A DNA stretch of 64,000 bases from an uncultured delta proteobacterium (GCA_963716725.1 CAVQUB010000027.1:1-64000); one strand, 5' to 3'; shown: positions 1 to 10,843, counted from the first letter of the stretch. Notes: generated by a model from the sequence alone, not told the origin. A program made the numbers and translations.

Positions 1-1405
1 CGCGTCGGCACACGCTGCGTGGATGCAATCGGGCTCGATCGCCGCGGCCTTCGAGTGCAACTTCGATGACGCCGATGCGCAAAGCGGTCTGGCTTACGCG
101 GTGACGCTCGGTCTGTGCATTGGTGGCTCGCAAGACAAGGCGATTTGTTTCGACCTTTATGTCAAGTGGCTCGCGGGGGATGCCACCGACAAAACGAATC
201 TTGTCTTGCGTGGCTTGGTCCTGAATCAAAGTGCCATTGCGCAACAGATCGACGAGGCGACACAGGCGGGCGCTGGTTGGGAGTCCTTGGGATTCGATCG
301 TATCGCCGATGCGTTCACCAAATCGACCGAACGCGCACTAGCCAGCGACCCCGATGCGGTCGGCCGGGCATTGGTCGTGCCTCTACTCGGCCCGATCAGC
401 AAATTGCTGACCAAGGCGACTGATGGCAGGGCACGCGGTTTCATGGTTGCTTTGGGGATGTACACGCAACAGCCGTTCGTGGTTGTGGAAGTGACTGGCG
501 GAAAAACAGCGTTTCGTACCATGCTCATCCGGCAGATGAGCCGGTTGTCCGGTCAGATCGCACCCAAACACAAACTTCAGCGCGCGGTATCGGCGGAACT
601 GAGGCGCCTTGCGGTGGCCGGGGTTCCGCTTGAGGGCACCGACAAGAAACGCTTCGTTCTCATTGTCGATCCCGAGGCGCTCGGCGACATACCGGCCAAC
701 GCCGCGTCAGGACAGCGCGTCGCGGCAATGGCAAAGGCAATTCGCACGCCTGAGCAGGTCGAAGCGCTGCATTTGGAGAATTGGCGAAAGACGGTGAGCA
801 AGTCGGCACGTGGGAGTGTGCCGTATGTTGGTGGTCTGATTGCCGCAGTGCTTCAGTACCAAATGATGCAATCGTTGATAGAAGACGATATCAAGGCGAT
901 GGCCCACAAGAAGAACGAGACTCACGCTCGCATGGTTGCCGGTGTCTTGGCGTTGGGCGGTACGATTGCCGAGCTGACGGGGCAGGGGCTGGAAAAGATG
1001 GCGCCGGTGGCGCCGCGTGCGGCGCGGGGCTTGATCACTGCGCTTGCTCGTGGGCTGAGAATCGTCGGCCGCGCTGCTGGCATTGGCGGAGCGTTGATAA
1101 TGGCGTGGTGGGATTATCAGAGCGCGGTCGAAGCCAGGCAAGAAAAGCAATTCGGCCTTATGTGGGCATATGGCGGTTCCGTTTTGCTAGGTTTGGCGGC
1201 GACGGGCGCCTTGCTGTTGGGCTGGACGGGAGTCGGCTTGATCCTGGTCGGTTTGCTAATTGCTGTGACAGTCGTTATCGAATACTTCAAGGATAACGAC
1301 TTGCAAGAGTGGCTTGAACGTTGTGTGTGGGGCAAGGGCGGCGCGCCCAGGTACAGAACGGCAGACGAGGCTTTCGGTGAGCTTGAACTGGCGATTGGGG
1401 GCTAG
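1..1405 (+). CDS. T6SS pore-forming effector, VasX/BTH_I2691-like, C-terminal part (5' end outside window)
   Basis: Long ORF with several C-terminal hydrophobic helices and a tail (IEYFKDNDLQEWLERCVWG) typical of this family; followed by an immunity-type gene and tssA. Confidence 0.7.
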   Translation, partial: ASAHAAWMQSGSIAAAFECNFDDADAQSGLAYAVTLGLCIGGSQDKAICFDLYVKWLAGDATDKTNLVLRGLVLNQSAIAQQIDEATQAGAGWESLGFDRIADAFTKSTERALASDPDAVGRALVVPLLGPISKLLTKATDGRARGFMVALGMYTQQPFVVVEVTGGKTAFRTMLIRQMSRLSGQIAPKHKLQRAVSAELRRLAVAGVPLEGTDKKRFVLIVDPEALGDIPANAASGQRVAAMAKAIRTPEQVEALHLENWRKTVSKSARGSVPYVGGLIAAVLQYQMMQSLIEDDIKAMAHKKNETHARMVAGVLALGGTIAELTGQGLEKMAPVAPRAARGLITALARGLRIVGRAAGIGGALIMAWWDYQSAVEARQEKQFGLMWAYGGSVLLGLAATGALLLGWTGVGLILVGLLIAVTVVIEYFKDNDLQEWLERCVWGKGGAPRYRTADEAFGELELAIGG

Positions 1406-1408
1406 ATC

Positions 1409-2335
1409 GTGCAGTACACAGGGTTGGCGAAGAAATACACAGTCAATCGGCCACTGACTGATCAGGAGCGTGAGCGACAACTCAAGCAGGGGGAGCGTCT
1501 TGACCTGGAGCCCGCCTATCAACTAAGCGTAATCAGGCTCAATTCCACCTACATGGAACTGGTGGATAAATTTTTTGCGTGGAAGGGGTTTTTGACAACG
1601 TTTGTGGTCATCGCAGCCGCGATTCTTTGTGGAGGATTCTCTTACCTATCGGTCAACCTTGCATTAGATGCAATCAGAAATCCGTCGGAAACCGAACTTT
1701 GGTTTCATTCCATTGGGATGTTTCTTGTGGCCGCTCTGGCGACGATACCTTTGTACTGGGCGTTCCGTAAAGAAGCCTTTGCCTGGACACACTACCCGAT
1801 TCGCATGAATCGCAAGACGCGCATGGTGCATGTGTTTCGCACCGACGGTACCGTGTTGTCCGTGCCGTGGGACGAAGTGTTTTTCTGCATCGGTGCGTTG
1901 CCGCAGTTTGATTTGGAAATTCAGGGGCATGTGCTCGATTCAGACCGTGTGACGGTAAGGGAAACGTTTCCGTTGGCCTTTTACACTGTCAAATCCGACA
2001 TCTCTACACTTGAGCGTTATTGGGAGTTTGTGCGCCGTTACATGGAAGAAGGACCACAAGACGCCGCAAAGCGCGTTGAGTTCTTCATGGTGCCGAGCAA
2101 CCGTAGGGAATCCATTGCCGGCGGTTTTCATCGTGTGCATGCTGAACTCGGAACCAACGTTTTCCTCTCCTTAATTGGTGCCGTGTTGGCCGCCATCATG
2201 ATCCCCGGGCGCTGGCTAGCCATGCGCACGAGCAAACTTCCCGTTTGGCCCGACGAGATCGAATCCCAATGCCGCATCGAGGCGAACGACCCCTACATCC
2301 GTGACGCAAGAGACAATCCAGCCGATTTGCGGTGA
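1409..2335 (+). CDS. DUF6708-type membrane protein, probable T6SS immunity protein
   Basis: Two N-terminal TM helices, PIRMNRKTRMVHVF..VPWD and WEFVRRYMEEGP motifs; starts 3 bp after the effector stop. Confidence 0.7.
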   Translation: MQYTGLAKKYTVNRPLTDQERERQLKQGERLDLEPAYQLSVIRLNSTYMELVDKFFAWKGFLTTFVVIAAAILCGGFSYLSVNLALDAIRNPSETELWFHSIGMFLVAALATIPLYWAFRKEAFAWTHYPIRMNRKTRMVHVFRTDGTVLSVPWDEVFFCIGALPQFDLEIQGHVLDSDRVTVRETFPLAFYTVKSDISTLERYWEFVRRYMEEGPQDAAKRVEFFMVPSNRRESIAGGFHRVHAELGTNVFLSLIGAVLAAIMIPGRWLAMRTSKLPVWPDEIESQCRIEANDPYIRDARDNPADLR

Positions 2336-2504
2336 TCGCATGCTGGCGCATCCGGATGCATTCTGCCGCGTGCAAAGCGTGGGACGCACCGTGATTATTG
2401 CGACGATCGGCATTGAGTACGTCAAGGACAGACGCGAACGCAATCACTATTTTTGGGTCATCGGTCGCGAATAGCGGCCTCCGACGACCCGCAACGAGGT
2501 ATCC

Positions 2505-3596
2505 ATGCAACTGAATGATTGGCTCAAACCGCTCGAAGGCGCTTCACCGTGCGGCGAGGACATGCTGTTTTCCGACGCCTTCGATCGAATCCAGGCCGCG
2601 CGCCGCTTCGACGACCCTTCCTTGAGTCAGGGCGAGTGGGTGACTGACATCAAGGAGGCGGATTGGTCGGGCGTCGTGCGCCAGTGCGGCGATTTGCTCG
2701 CCGACCAAACGAAGGATTTGCGCCTCGCGGTGTGGATGACCGAGGCACTCGCAAAAACGAAGGGATTCGAGGGTTTGGCCACCGGTTATTCGCTGGTTGC
2801 CGGTATGCTCGATACATTCTGGGATGACATCCATCCGCAGCCCGAGGATGACGATCTCGAACAGCGAATCGGCGTGCTCGACTGGTTGTTGTCGCAGTCG
2901 GAACGCATTGTGCGAGAGATCCCGGTGACATGTTCGGCGCGTGGCGCGTATTCGATGATCGATCTCGCTTCGGCGCAGGCGCTCACCCAGACGATGGAGC
3001 GCAACCCTGATGAGGCCGAGGCGCTACGGAAATCGGCGCGGATCACGCAGGAGGCTTTCGACGCGGCTCGGCGGGATACGCCGGGGGCTTTCTTTGCGCA
3101 AAGCGCTGCAGCCGCAAGTGACGCGCGGGAGGCGCTGCAGCGCCTTGAGAAATCGGTCGACGCGCGGTTTGGTCATGAGGGGCCGGCCTTCGGTGTGGCG
3201 CGTACGGCAATCGATGCGGCAATCGACCTGTTGTCCCGATACGCGCGCGATGCCGGTGTGCATCCCGACCAGGGCGCAGCGCCACCTCACGACGATACGG
3301 CGCCAGCACCGAGCGCCCGAGCCAAGACAGCAGTGGAAACCGCGAGTGGCAGCGGGCCAATCGCGACACGCGCGCAAGCGCTCGCGCAACTCAAGGCCGT
3401 AGCCGACTTCTTTCGCCGCACGGAACCGCATAGTCCGGTGGCGTATCTGGCCGACAAGGCCGCGCGCTGGGGCGAAATGTCCTTGCATGAGTGGTTACGG
3501 ACCGTGGTCAAGGACGACGGCGCGCTTTCACACGTTGAGGAGTTGCTTGGCGTTCCGGCTGCGTTGACGGCGGACGATAGCGGGGATCCAAGCTGA
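2505..3596 (+). CDS. tssA: Type VI secretion protein TssA (ImpA family)
   Basis: ImpA N-terminal motifs (PCGEDM, ADW..V, TKDLRLAVW) and C-terminal FFRRTEPHSPVAYL. Confidence 0.92.
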   Translation: MQLNDWLKPLEGASPCGEDMLFSDAFDRIQAARRFDDPSLSQGEWVTDIKEADWSGVVRQCGDLLADQTKDLRLAVWMTEALAKTKGFEGLATGYSLVAGMLDTFWDDIHPQPEDDDLEQRIGVLDWLLSQSERIVREIPVTCSARGAYSMIDLASAQALTQTMERNPDEAEALRKSARITQEAFDAARRDTPGAFFAQSAAAASDAREALQRLEKSVDARFGHEGPAFGVARTAIDAAIDLLSRYARDAGVHPDQGAAPPHDDTAPAPSARAKTAVETASGSGPIATRAQALAQLKAVADFFRRTEPHSPVAYLADKAARWGEMSLHEWLRTVVKDDGALSHVEELLGVPAALTADDSGDPS

Positions 3597-3642
3597 TCAG
3601 GCGCTGGCGAGCCTGCCGGTGAAAGGCCTCAAGTGCATGGAA

Positions 3643-3682
3643 ATACGACAACGGCCCCGCGATTGCGGGGCCGTTGTCGTAT
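3643..3682. terminator. Hairpin between convergent tssA and nnr, probable bidirectional terminator
   Basis: Perfect 18-bp stem ATACGACAACGGCCCCGC-GATT-GCGGGGCCGTTGTCGTAT. Confidence 0.75.
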
Positions 3683-3713
3683 GGGCGTGCAGTGATCACA
3701 TACGCCGACCGTA

Positions 3714-5217
3714 CTACGCTCGAGCCTGGCGGGCGATCCAGCGATTGAGCAGTTCGCGCGCCGCGTCGGGCAGTTCCGACGCGCTCATGCCTACCGGCCC
3801 GATGCCCTTGTCGAGTAGCAAATCTGCCGCGGTGCCGTGCAGGTGCACCGCAGCCACGGTCGCTTCCTCGATCGGCCAGCCCTGGGCGAGCAGTCCGGCG
3901 AGCAGCCCGGTGAGCACATCGCCCATGCCGGCGGCCGACATGCCGGGGTTGCCCGAGCGGTTGATTTTCCAGCGCCCGTCGGGATGCGCGATGATCGTTC
4001 CACATCCTTTAAGCACGATGTGTGCGCCGAATTTGTTTGCCAGAACAGTGGCCGCCTTGAGGCGATCCGTCTGAATCTTGTTGGGCGTCTGGTCGAGCAA
4101 GCGCGCGGCTTCCCCCGGATGCGGTGTTAGCACCAATGGGGCCTTGCGTTTGACGGCACGGCGCGCGAGTGTCGCATTGCTGCCGAGCAAATTGAGCGCA
4201 TCGGCGTCGAGCACCAACAGACTGTCGGTGGCCAGTGCCTCACCCAGCAATGCCGACGCCGCAGCGTCGCTGCCCAGACCTGGCCCCATTGCGACTGCGT
4301 GGCCTTCGGCGAGCGCCTGATCCGCGCGGCGAATCATCAGTTCGGGCTGAACCGGGTCCACCGCAGGGCCGCGATCGTCGAGCAGACCGACGAACACGCG
4401 CCCGGCGCCGACGCGCAATGCGGCGCGCCCGGCAAGCAGCGCGGCGCCGCACATCCCAGGTGCGCCACCGACGATGACGGCGTCGCCGAAGGTGCCTTTA
4501 TGCGTATTCAGACGACGCGTCTTGAGCTGACCGGCGAACAATGACGGCAGCACCTCCCAGCCCGGCGCCGGCAACTGGGTATTGGCGTCGAGGTCGAGCC
4601 GGCTGACTTTCACTTCGCCGCAATGGTCGGGGCCGTCGTAGGTCAGCAATCCGGGCTTGAGCGCGATGAATGTGATGGTATGCGTGGCCTCGAAGGACGT
4701 CCCCAGCACGCGGCCGGTATCGGCACACAAACCGCTCGGCACGTCGATCGCCATGCGCGGGCCGGGCAGCGCGTTCAAGGTGCGAATCCAGCTCGCGTGA
4801 CGGCCCTTGATCGGCCGCGTCAGGCCGATGCCGAACAGCGCGTTGAACCACCAGCGCCCAACCGTTTGCCGGCGCTGCGGGCAAATCGGACACCGTCTCG
4901 CCGCCGGCATCGCGCCATGCGTCCAGCGCCTTTTTGGCGTCTTCCGGGAGCTTGGCAGGATCGCCCGAAAAGGCGACCGTCACATCGCGGCCAGCCTGGC
5001 GAAAGTGACGCGCCATGACAAAACCATCACCGCCGTTGTTGCCGGGTCCGCAGGCGATCAGCATGGGGCCCGGACGGTCGATAACCAGCCGCACGGCTTC
5101 TTCTGCCGCGGCACGACCGGCGCGCTCCATCAGCGGCGGTTTGGCCTTGGCCATCACCGCATGCTCGATGCTGCGGATGCCTGCAACGGGATAGATCGGC
5201 TGACTCTTGCTGAACAT
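3714..5217 (-). CDS. nnr: Bifunctional NAD(P)H-hydrate epimerase/dehydratase, one frameshift near 4845-4855
   Basis: YjeF_N motifs (LMERAG, CGPGNNGGDG) in ORF 4498-5229; ALFGIG, DVPSG, LTPHPGEAARLL and GMGDVLTG in ORF 3714-4910. Confidence 0.9.
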
Positions 5218-5284
5218 GGGCGGTATCAATCTCGGGTGCGGCTTGCCATTCTACGCGTTTCACGTTTCGACACAGTTGCCTGGA

Positions 5285-6109
5285 TCAACTTTGCATTGGC
5301 ACCGTGGCGATCCAGCCTTCGATCGGATCGATCGTATCGGGCAGACCGTAGTGCGGCGCACCGCACCGTGCGCATTCGGCGGCCTGCACCAGACGCCAGC
5401 ACCGCATCGAGCCGGTCACCGCGCCCGTCGTCGATCATCGCCGCAACCTCGCGTCCGTCACAATCGGACGGCGAACCCGTCGGGCGCATATCCGGCGATA
5501 AGTGCATCGACGATTTTCTTGCGGGCGCCGTGTCGCGCCGGGGTCTGCTGTGCTCGCAGCATCGCTTTTGTAGGACGCCCGGGTAATACCGCGTGCAAGA
5601 TATCCGGGATAGGCCTCGACCGCGACGCGGCCCGCGTCGCCCGCATGCAGACCGGGAATGTGCACTCCGGCGGCGAGCAGGCGCGGTGCACCGGCGAAGA
5701 ACATCAGCGCGACGGGCGGATTGACGCATTTCATCGGGCTGTGCGAGCCCGCGGGCCGATCGGTAGCGCGATGGGGATAGCGTGCGCCCATCGGACGGCG
5801 CCTGCGGTCGGCGTCGAGCGCAGCGCGAAACGCGGCCTTGTCGAGCGTGCCGACGTGACTCACCAGCGCGGCCCAGTCATCGCACGGCCAACCGAGCGCA
5901 TCGACACCGGCACGTGGCATGCCAAACGGAAAATCGAAAGCACCGAGCCACGGACCGGGGCGGCGTAGCAGTGCTTCGAAGCCTGGCCAGTCGGGAATCG
6001 TTTCGATCGATTCAAGGCGCAGCGTATCGCTGGAAAACTCGCCGTGCGCCACCGTGATCGGTTTGCGACTGCGCGGCGCGGAGGTGAAATCCACGCCCAT
6101 GAGGTGCAT
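5285..6109 (-). CDS. DUF429 family protein (predicted nuclease), several frameshifts in 3' third
   Basis: GVDFTSAP, FDFPFG and VEAYP motifs; GDRLDAVL and DPIEGWI continue in other frames to a TGA at 5285. Confidence 0.75.
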
Positions 6110-6115
6110 TTCTGC

Positions 6116-6862
6116 TTATGCACTGGGCTCGGCGGGTGCCTTGACGCGCTTGTCGCGCAAGTACAGATGCGTGCCGCGGCGTTGGGTCTCGAACAGATCG
6201 ATTGCGGCAATCAGGTCGCTGAGTTTGCTGTAGCCGTAGTTGCGCGGGTCGAACGAGGTTTGATTGCCGATGTGCGAACCCACGCCACCGAGTGCCGCCC
6301 AGCCTTCTTCATCCGAGGCCGCCTCGACGCCACCGCGCAGCAGGCTGACCAGTTTGGCGTCGCCCTTGAGCGCCTTGGCGCTTTTGCGTTTGGTGTCGGC
6401 ATCGACCTTCTTTTCCACTTCTGCCGGCAGGCCGATATTTTCGAGGTAGAGAAAGCGCGAGCAGGCGTTGACCAAGGGCATCGGCGTCTTCTTTTCGCCG
6501 AAGCCGAACACCTTGAGTCCGTTGGCGCGAATGCGCATCACCAGCGGGGTGAAGTCCGAATCGCTCGAGGCAAGGCAGAAGCCGTCGAGCCGCTGGCTGT
6601 AGAGCAGATCCATGGCGTCGATGATCATCGCCGCATCGGTGGCGTTCTTGCCTTTGGTGTAGGCGAATTGCTGCACCGGCTGGATGGCATGCTCGTGCAG
6701 TACGGCCTCCCAGCCCTTGAGGCCGGTACTCTTCCAGTTGCCGTAGGCGCGGCGGATATTGGTGACGCCGTATTTGGCCATCTCGTCGAGGATGACGTTG
6801 ATCTTGGCAGCGGGGCAGTTGTCGGCGTCGATCAGCAGGGCAATGTGGGTTTCTTCTTGCAT
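6116..6862 (-). CDS. NYN domain protein with C-terminal OST-HTH/LOTUS domain
   Basis: LLIDADN, GKNATD and SSDSDF motifs; FDPRNYGYSKLSDL tail. Confidence 0.9.
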   Translation of the reverse strand: MQEETHIALLIDADNCPAAKINVILDEMAKYGVTNIRRAYGNWKSTGLKGWEAVLHEHAIQPVQQFAYTKGKNATDAAMIIDAMDLLYSQRLDGFCLASSDSDFTPLVMRIRANGLKVFGFGEKKTPMPLVNACSRFLYLENIGLPAEVEKKVDADTKRKSAKALKGDAKLVSLLRGGVEAASDEEGWAALGGVGSHIGNQTSFDPRNYGYSKLSDLIAAIDLFETQRRGTHLYLRDKRVKAPAEPSA

Positions 6863-7767
6863 CAGGGGCTCCGAAACAGGCGGGCGGCGGTGAGGATGGT
6901 GGTGGCGTGTATGTCAACAGTATCGCCGATGTCATGACCATAACCGCCTGCCATGGCGATGGCTACCGGCACGTTGTGTTCGCGACAGGTGGTGAGCACC
7001 ATCTCGTCGCGCGCCGCCAACCCTTCGCGGGTCAGCGACAGCCGGCCGCGACGATCGCCTTCGTACGGATCGGCGCCGGCAAGATAGATTACAAGTTCGG
7101 GTTTGAAGCCGTCGAACACCTCGCCGAGCGCGTCAGCCAATACGGGCAGATAGGCAGCGTCGTCGGTGCCGTCGGCCAAGGCGATATCGAGATTGGACGG
7201 CATCTTGCGAAAGGGGAAATTCTTGTCGCCATGCAGGCTGAGCGTGAACACCGAAGGCTCGTCGGCCAGGATGGCGGCGGTGCCATCACCCTGGTGTACG
7301 TCGCAGTCGATCACCGCGACGCGCTTCACACGGCCTTCGGCGCGCATCGCAAGGGCGGCAACGGCGGCGTCATTGAACACGCAGAACCCCGCGCCGGCGT
7401 CGCGGGCAGCGTGGTGCGTGCCACCGGCGAGATTGGCGGCACAGCCCGAGGCGAGCGCGGCGCGGCAGGCGGCGAGCGTGGCGCCGGTGGAGCGGCGCGA
7501 GCGCTCGACCATTTGCGGTGTCCACGGGAAACCGATGCGCCGTTGTTCGGAAGCGCTCAGCGCGCCACTCACCACGCGGTGCAGATAATCGACCGAATGC
7601 GCGCGCAACAAGGCGGTGTCGTCAGCGGCGTCGGGCACGATGAAATCATCGTCGTCGAACACGCCGCTGCCTCTCAAGCGTTCGCGCAGGCGGCTGTATT
7701 TTTCCATCGGGAAACGATGGCCAGCGGGCAGCGGCAGCACGAAGTGGTCGGCGTAAAACAGCTTCAT
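6862..7767 (-). CDS. Histone deacetylase family protein
   Basis: HRFPMEKY, GGTHHA, GFCVFND, IDCDVHQGDGT and GGY motifs; true start MKLFY at 7767. Confidence 0.92.
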   Translation of the reverse strand: MKLFYADHFVLPLPAGHRFPMEKYSRLRERLRGSGVFDDDDFIVPDAADDTALLRAHSVDYLHRVVSGALSASEQRRIGFPWTPQMVERSRRSTGATLAACRAALASGCAANLAGGTHHAARDAGAGFCVFNDAAVAALAMRAEGRVKRVAVIDCDVHQGDGTAAILADEPSVFTLSLHGDKNFPFRKMPSNLDIALADGTDDAAYLPVLADALGEVFDGFKPELVIYLAGADPYEGDRRGRLSLTREGLAARDEMVLTTCREHNVPVAIAMAGGYGHDIGDTVDIHATTILTAARLFRSP

Positions 7768-9042
7768 CCGGCGCGCGCCATGCACCGGTCGTAGCGGCTC
7801 TCGACGCGCTTGGCAAACCAGGCGGTGGTGAGTTTGCGCTGAATCTTCGGCCCCTTGAGGCGGATGTCGGGTAGCTGTGCATGCGGCAACGCGAGGCCGG
7901 CCTTGCGATCGGCGAGTTGACGGACGCGTGCGTAGAGGCGGGTGTTGCTGAAGTCGGCTGTCTTTTCGCGCAGCAGATCGCTGCGGATCTGGCGGGCGCT
8001 CAGATGCAACGAGTCGCCGAGTGCGCGCACCGCCGCTTCGGTGGCGCTCACCGTGTCGCTTGCCCTGCCGCGCTCGTAGCGCAGCAAGTCGCCGTCCAGC
8101 GCCAGCTTGCGACCGCCGAGTCGCGTTACGGCGGCCTGAAACGCGGCGTTGCGGCTGCTGTACTGGCCGGCGTTGAAATCGGCAAAACGGTAGCGCGGAT
8201 GCGGATAGTCGGCCGGGTAATCGAGCAGGTTGGCGATGCCGAAGTAGACGCCGCCGCGACGCGTAAACACCTCGTGACGCACCGTGCCCGTGCGCGGGTA
8301 AGGATAGCGTCGCTGTCCCATGTGGTTTTCGGCGAAATCGATGCGCACCTGCATCGGTCCGCCCGTTCGGATCGGATTGAACCCGGCGAGTAGCGTCTTG
8401 CCCAACGGCAACTCGGAAAGCATGTCTTCGAACAAGGTGTTCATCTGTTTTTCCGTGCGCAGCGCGGCAATACGCTGCTGGTAGCTGCGCCCGTCGGGCG
8501 AGCTTTTCTGCAACGCGGCGGTGACCACCAGCGGCGGAATGCCATAGCGCGCCGCCCGCGTGTCGATTTCCTTGCGCACGATGCGCGGCAGAGCGGGCAC
8601 CTCCGGATCGGCCCGCCAGCTCGATTCCTGCTCGATCACCGCCATCGCGCCACACAGGTTTTGCGCGCTCGGCGGTACGTGCAGATGGTGCAGTGCGGCG
8701 TCGATGTCATGCGCCCAGCCGCGTCGGTCGCGAATATCCTGTGGCAGCAGGTCGATGGCACGACGTGTGCGTACCTGCGTGGCCCGGCGGCGCCGCGACG
8801 GTAGGCAACGGTCGCTGCCGAGGCACAGCGGCAGGCGCCGGTGGCGCACTTTCTTGCCGCGCGACGCTGCCGTCACCCGGCAAGTCCGGTGAGCGGCGCG
8901 ACTCGTATGTGGTGGTCTGGCAGCCGACAAGCAAGAGCGCGCATGCGAGCACGAGACCGACGGGACGGACCGTTCGCGCAAAGCCGTTCAGGTTCGCCGC
9001 GTACTGGCGTTTGGTGGCACGAATCCGTAGGGGGTTGGACAT
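7764..9042 (-). CDS. DUF1615 family lipoprotein, frameshift near 8780
   Basis: Lipobox LLVGC in ORF 8707-9057; IEQESS, NPIRTGGPMQV and RFADFNAGQYSSRNAAFQ in ORF 7764-8981. Confidence 0.8.
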
Positions 9043-9058
9043 GGCGTTCGCGCTCAAG

Positions 9059-9375
9059 TCAGATGCCGAAGACGGCGAAATCGAGCGCGTTCAGCACTTG
9101 TTCGCGAAGCTGCGATAGCGAACCCATCGGGTCTTTCAGCTGCTTTTTCGGTATCGATGAAATCTGCGGCATAAGCAGAATCAGTTCCTCGCCCTGAAAG
9201 GATACGCCGGGCGTCAATTTCTTCATCGCAAGATGTTTGAACGAGGACGCGTTTCCGAGCGGTACCACGATACGTGTTGCGAGATCTTCGAGATACGGGC
9301 TCTGGATGTCGAGGAGGTAAGGGTAGTGCTTTTGCTGGCTGCGTTCGGGTTGCGATAGACGTCAAACTGCGCCAT
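9059..9375 (-). CDS. ccdB: CcdB family toxin, one base missing in an A4 run (9330-9333)
   Basis: MAQFDVYRNPN start; adding one A restores KKHYPYLLDIQS..LATRIVVPL..LTP..ALDFAVFGI; overlaps the ccdA stop. Confidence 0.8.
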
Positions 9376-9620
9376 CAAAACTCCCTGAACGCATTACCAA
9401 AACAGCCGTTCTTCTCAACGAACGTGTTATAGGCCCTGATCGCGGACTTGTTTTCATTCGCCCATTTTTCGGATTCCGCCTGCGCGAGCTTGTTCGCCAG
9501 AGCCTCCTCAAGCGTGGCGGAAAGGTTCACTTTCAAGGCACGCGTTTTTGCCAGCAAGTCACTGTTCAGGCTGAGATTGGTCGCTTTTTTTGGGGCGTTC
9601 GGATCGTACAGGCGGGACAT
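9375..9620 (-). CDS. ccdA: CcdA family antitoxin
   Basis: KKATNLSLNSDLL..NLS..W..EN..AI..YN motif; directly upstream of ccdB. Confidence 0.88.
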   Translation of the reverse strand: MSRLYDPNAPKKATNLSLNSDLLAKTRALKVNLSATLEEALANKLAQAESEKWANENKSAIRAYNTFVEKNGCFGNAFREF

Positions 9621-9693
9621 CGGATGCCTCGTTCGTTGGCAGGATTCACGTGCGCAGTGCCATGCGCATTATAGTGCGCCGGGAGTCGCCCAC

Positions 9694-10326
9694 TCAACGT
9701 ATCCCGGTCCCGATGGCGCGCATGAACTCATTGCGCGCCTGCCCATCGTGTTCAAAGCTGCCGGCAAATGCCTGCGTGACCACGCGCTCGTCGCCGCGGC
9801 GATCTTCGCCCAGCAGCAGGCACAGTTGCTCGGCCTCGATCACGCAGGCGGCGCCGGCGGCCTGTCCGTGGGTGATGAGCGCGTCGGCGATGTCGCGGGT
9901 CATCCATTCCTGATACGTAAAGCGGTGGCCGATGACGTTGACCAGGCGCGCAATGCGGCCGAAGCCGTGCAGCCGCCCGCCGGGCAGATAGGCGACATGG
10001 GCGACGCCGCGGAAGGGGACGAGGTGGTGCGGGCACACGCCATGCACGGCAATGCCGCGTATCACTACCATGTCGCGGCGCGGATCTTCGAAGCCGTCGC
10101 CCAGCGCCTCGGCCGGGTCGCCTTCGTAGCCGCCGAGCAGGCGGTGCTGCCAGAGTTCGCGCACGCGCGATACGGTGCGGCCGGTGTGCGGCCCGTCGGT
10201 GGCGATGCCGCAGGCATGCAGCAGGTCGCCGACGGCGCGCTCGAACGCGGCCGAATCGAATTCACCTTCGCGGGCGATGCCGATACCGCGGCGCGGCGTC
10301 GGGGCGTGATGGCAATCGTCGGACAT
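9694..10326 (-). CDS. folE: GTP cyclohydrolase I
   Basis: CPHHLVPFRG..VAYLP, YQE and C-containing EAEQLC motifs. Confidence 0.85.
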   Translation of the reverse strand: MSDDCHHAPTPRRGIGIAREGEFDSAAFERAVGDLLHACGIATDGPHTGRTVSRVRELWQHRLLGGYEGDPAEALGDGFEDPRRDMVVIRGIAVHGVCPHHLVPFRGVAHVAYLPGGRLHGFGRIARLVNVIGHRFTYQEWMTRDIADALITHGQAAGAACVIEAEQLCLLLGEDRRGDERVVTQAFAGSFEHDGQARNEFMRAIGTGIR

Positions 10327-10444
10327 GTGGATTCCTGTGAAGGCAAAGTGGCTCGCGATTTGCCGGGGCCGGGCTTCGCGAACGACCTCGAGATGTTACC
10401 GGAAAGCCCCGCCTGCGGCTGCGGCGCCCGCTGCGCGTGCCGTT

Positions 10445-10843
10445 TCAGCCAGCGTGCTTTCGCAGCAAGTCACGCAAGTCGGGTACGCCCTCGGCATGGG
10501 GCGCGGGGCGTGCCAGGTCGCCGGCCTCGAGAAGGCTCTCGAGCGTGCGGCGTAGATGGGTGGGATAGGGCAGCATGGGGCCGAGAAAGCGCACATCGTC
10601 GCCATGCTGGATGAGCAGCGTAGGAAAGTCCTCGATTTCAAAATCGTCTGCCCAATCGGCATGCGTTTCGATGTCGATCCACAAAAACGCCGCTTGCGGG
10701 AAACGTGCCTGTAGTTCGGCAAATCCCGGTCGATAGTCGCGGCACGTTCCGCACCACTCGGCGCACAGGCAGGCCACGAGCCAGTCGTGGGTGAGTGCGT
10801 CAGCTACGGCAGCAGGGTCGTCGAAGTCGATCAGGGTCGTCAT
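10445..10843 (-). CDS. Thioredoxin family protein
   Basis: CLCAEWCGTC, DIE and FPTLLI motifs. Confidence 0.85.
   Translation of the reverse strand: MTTLIDFDDPAAVADALTHDWLVACLCAEWCGTCRDYRPGFAELQARFPQAAFLWIDIETHADWADDFEIEDFPTLLIQHGDDVRFLGPMLPYPTHLRRTLESLLEAGDLARPAPHAEGVPDLRDLLRKHAG

Noticed and set aside
6862..8655. 597-aa ORF as an extended deacetylase
   Set aside because: The N-terminal part is an alternative frame of the DUF1615 gene; the real start is 7767
10330..10444. Possible folate riboswitch upstream of folE
   Set aside because: Only a weak TCGCGA-based hairpin; no consensus I can recognise without an Rfam search
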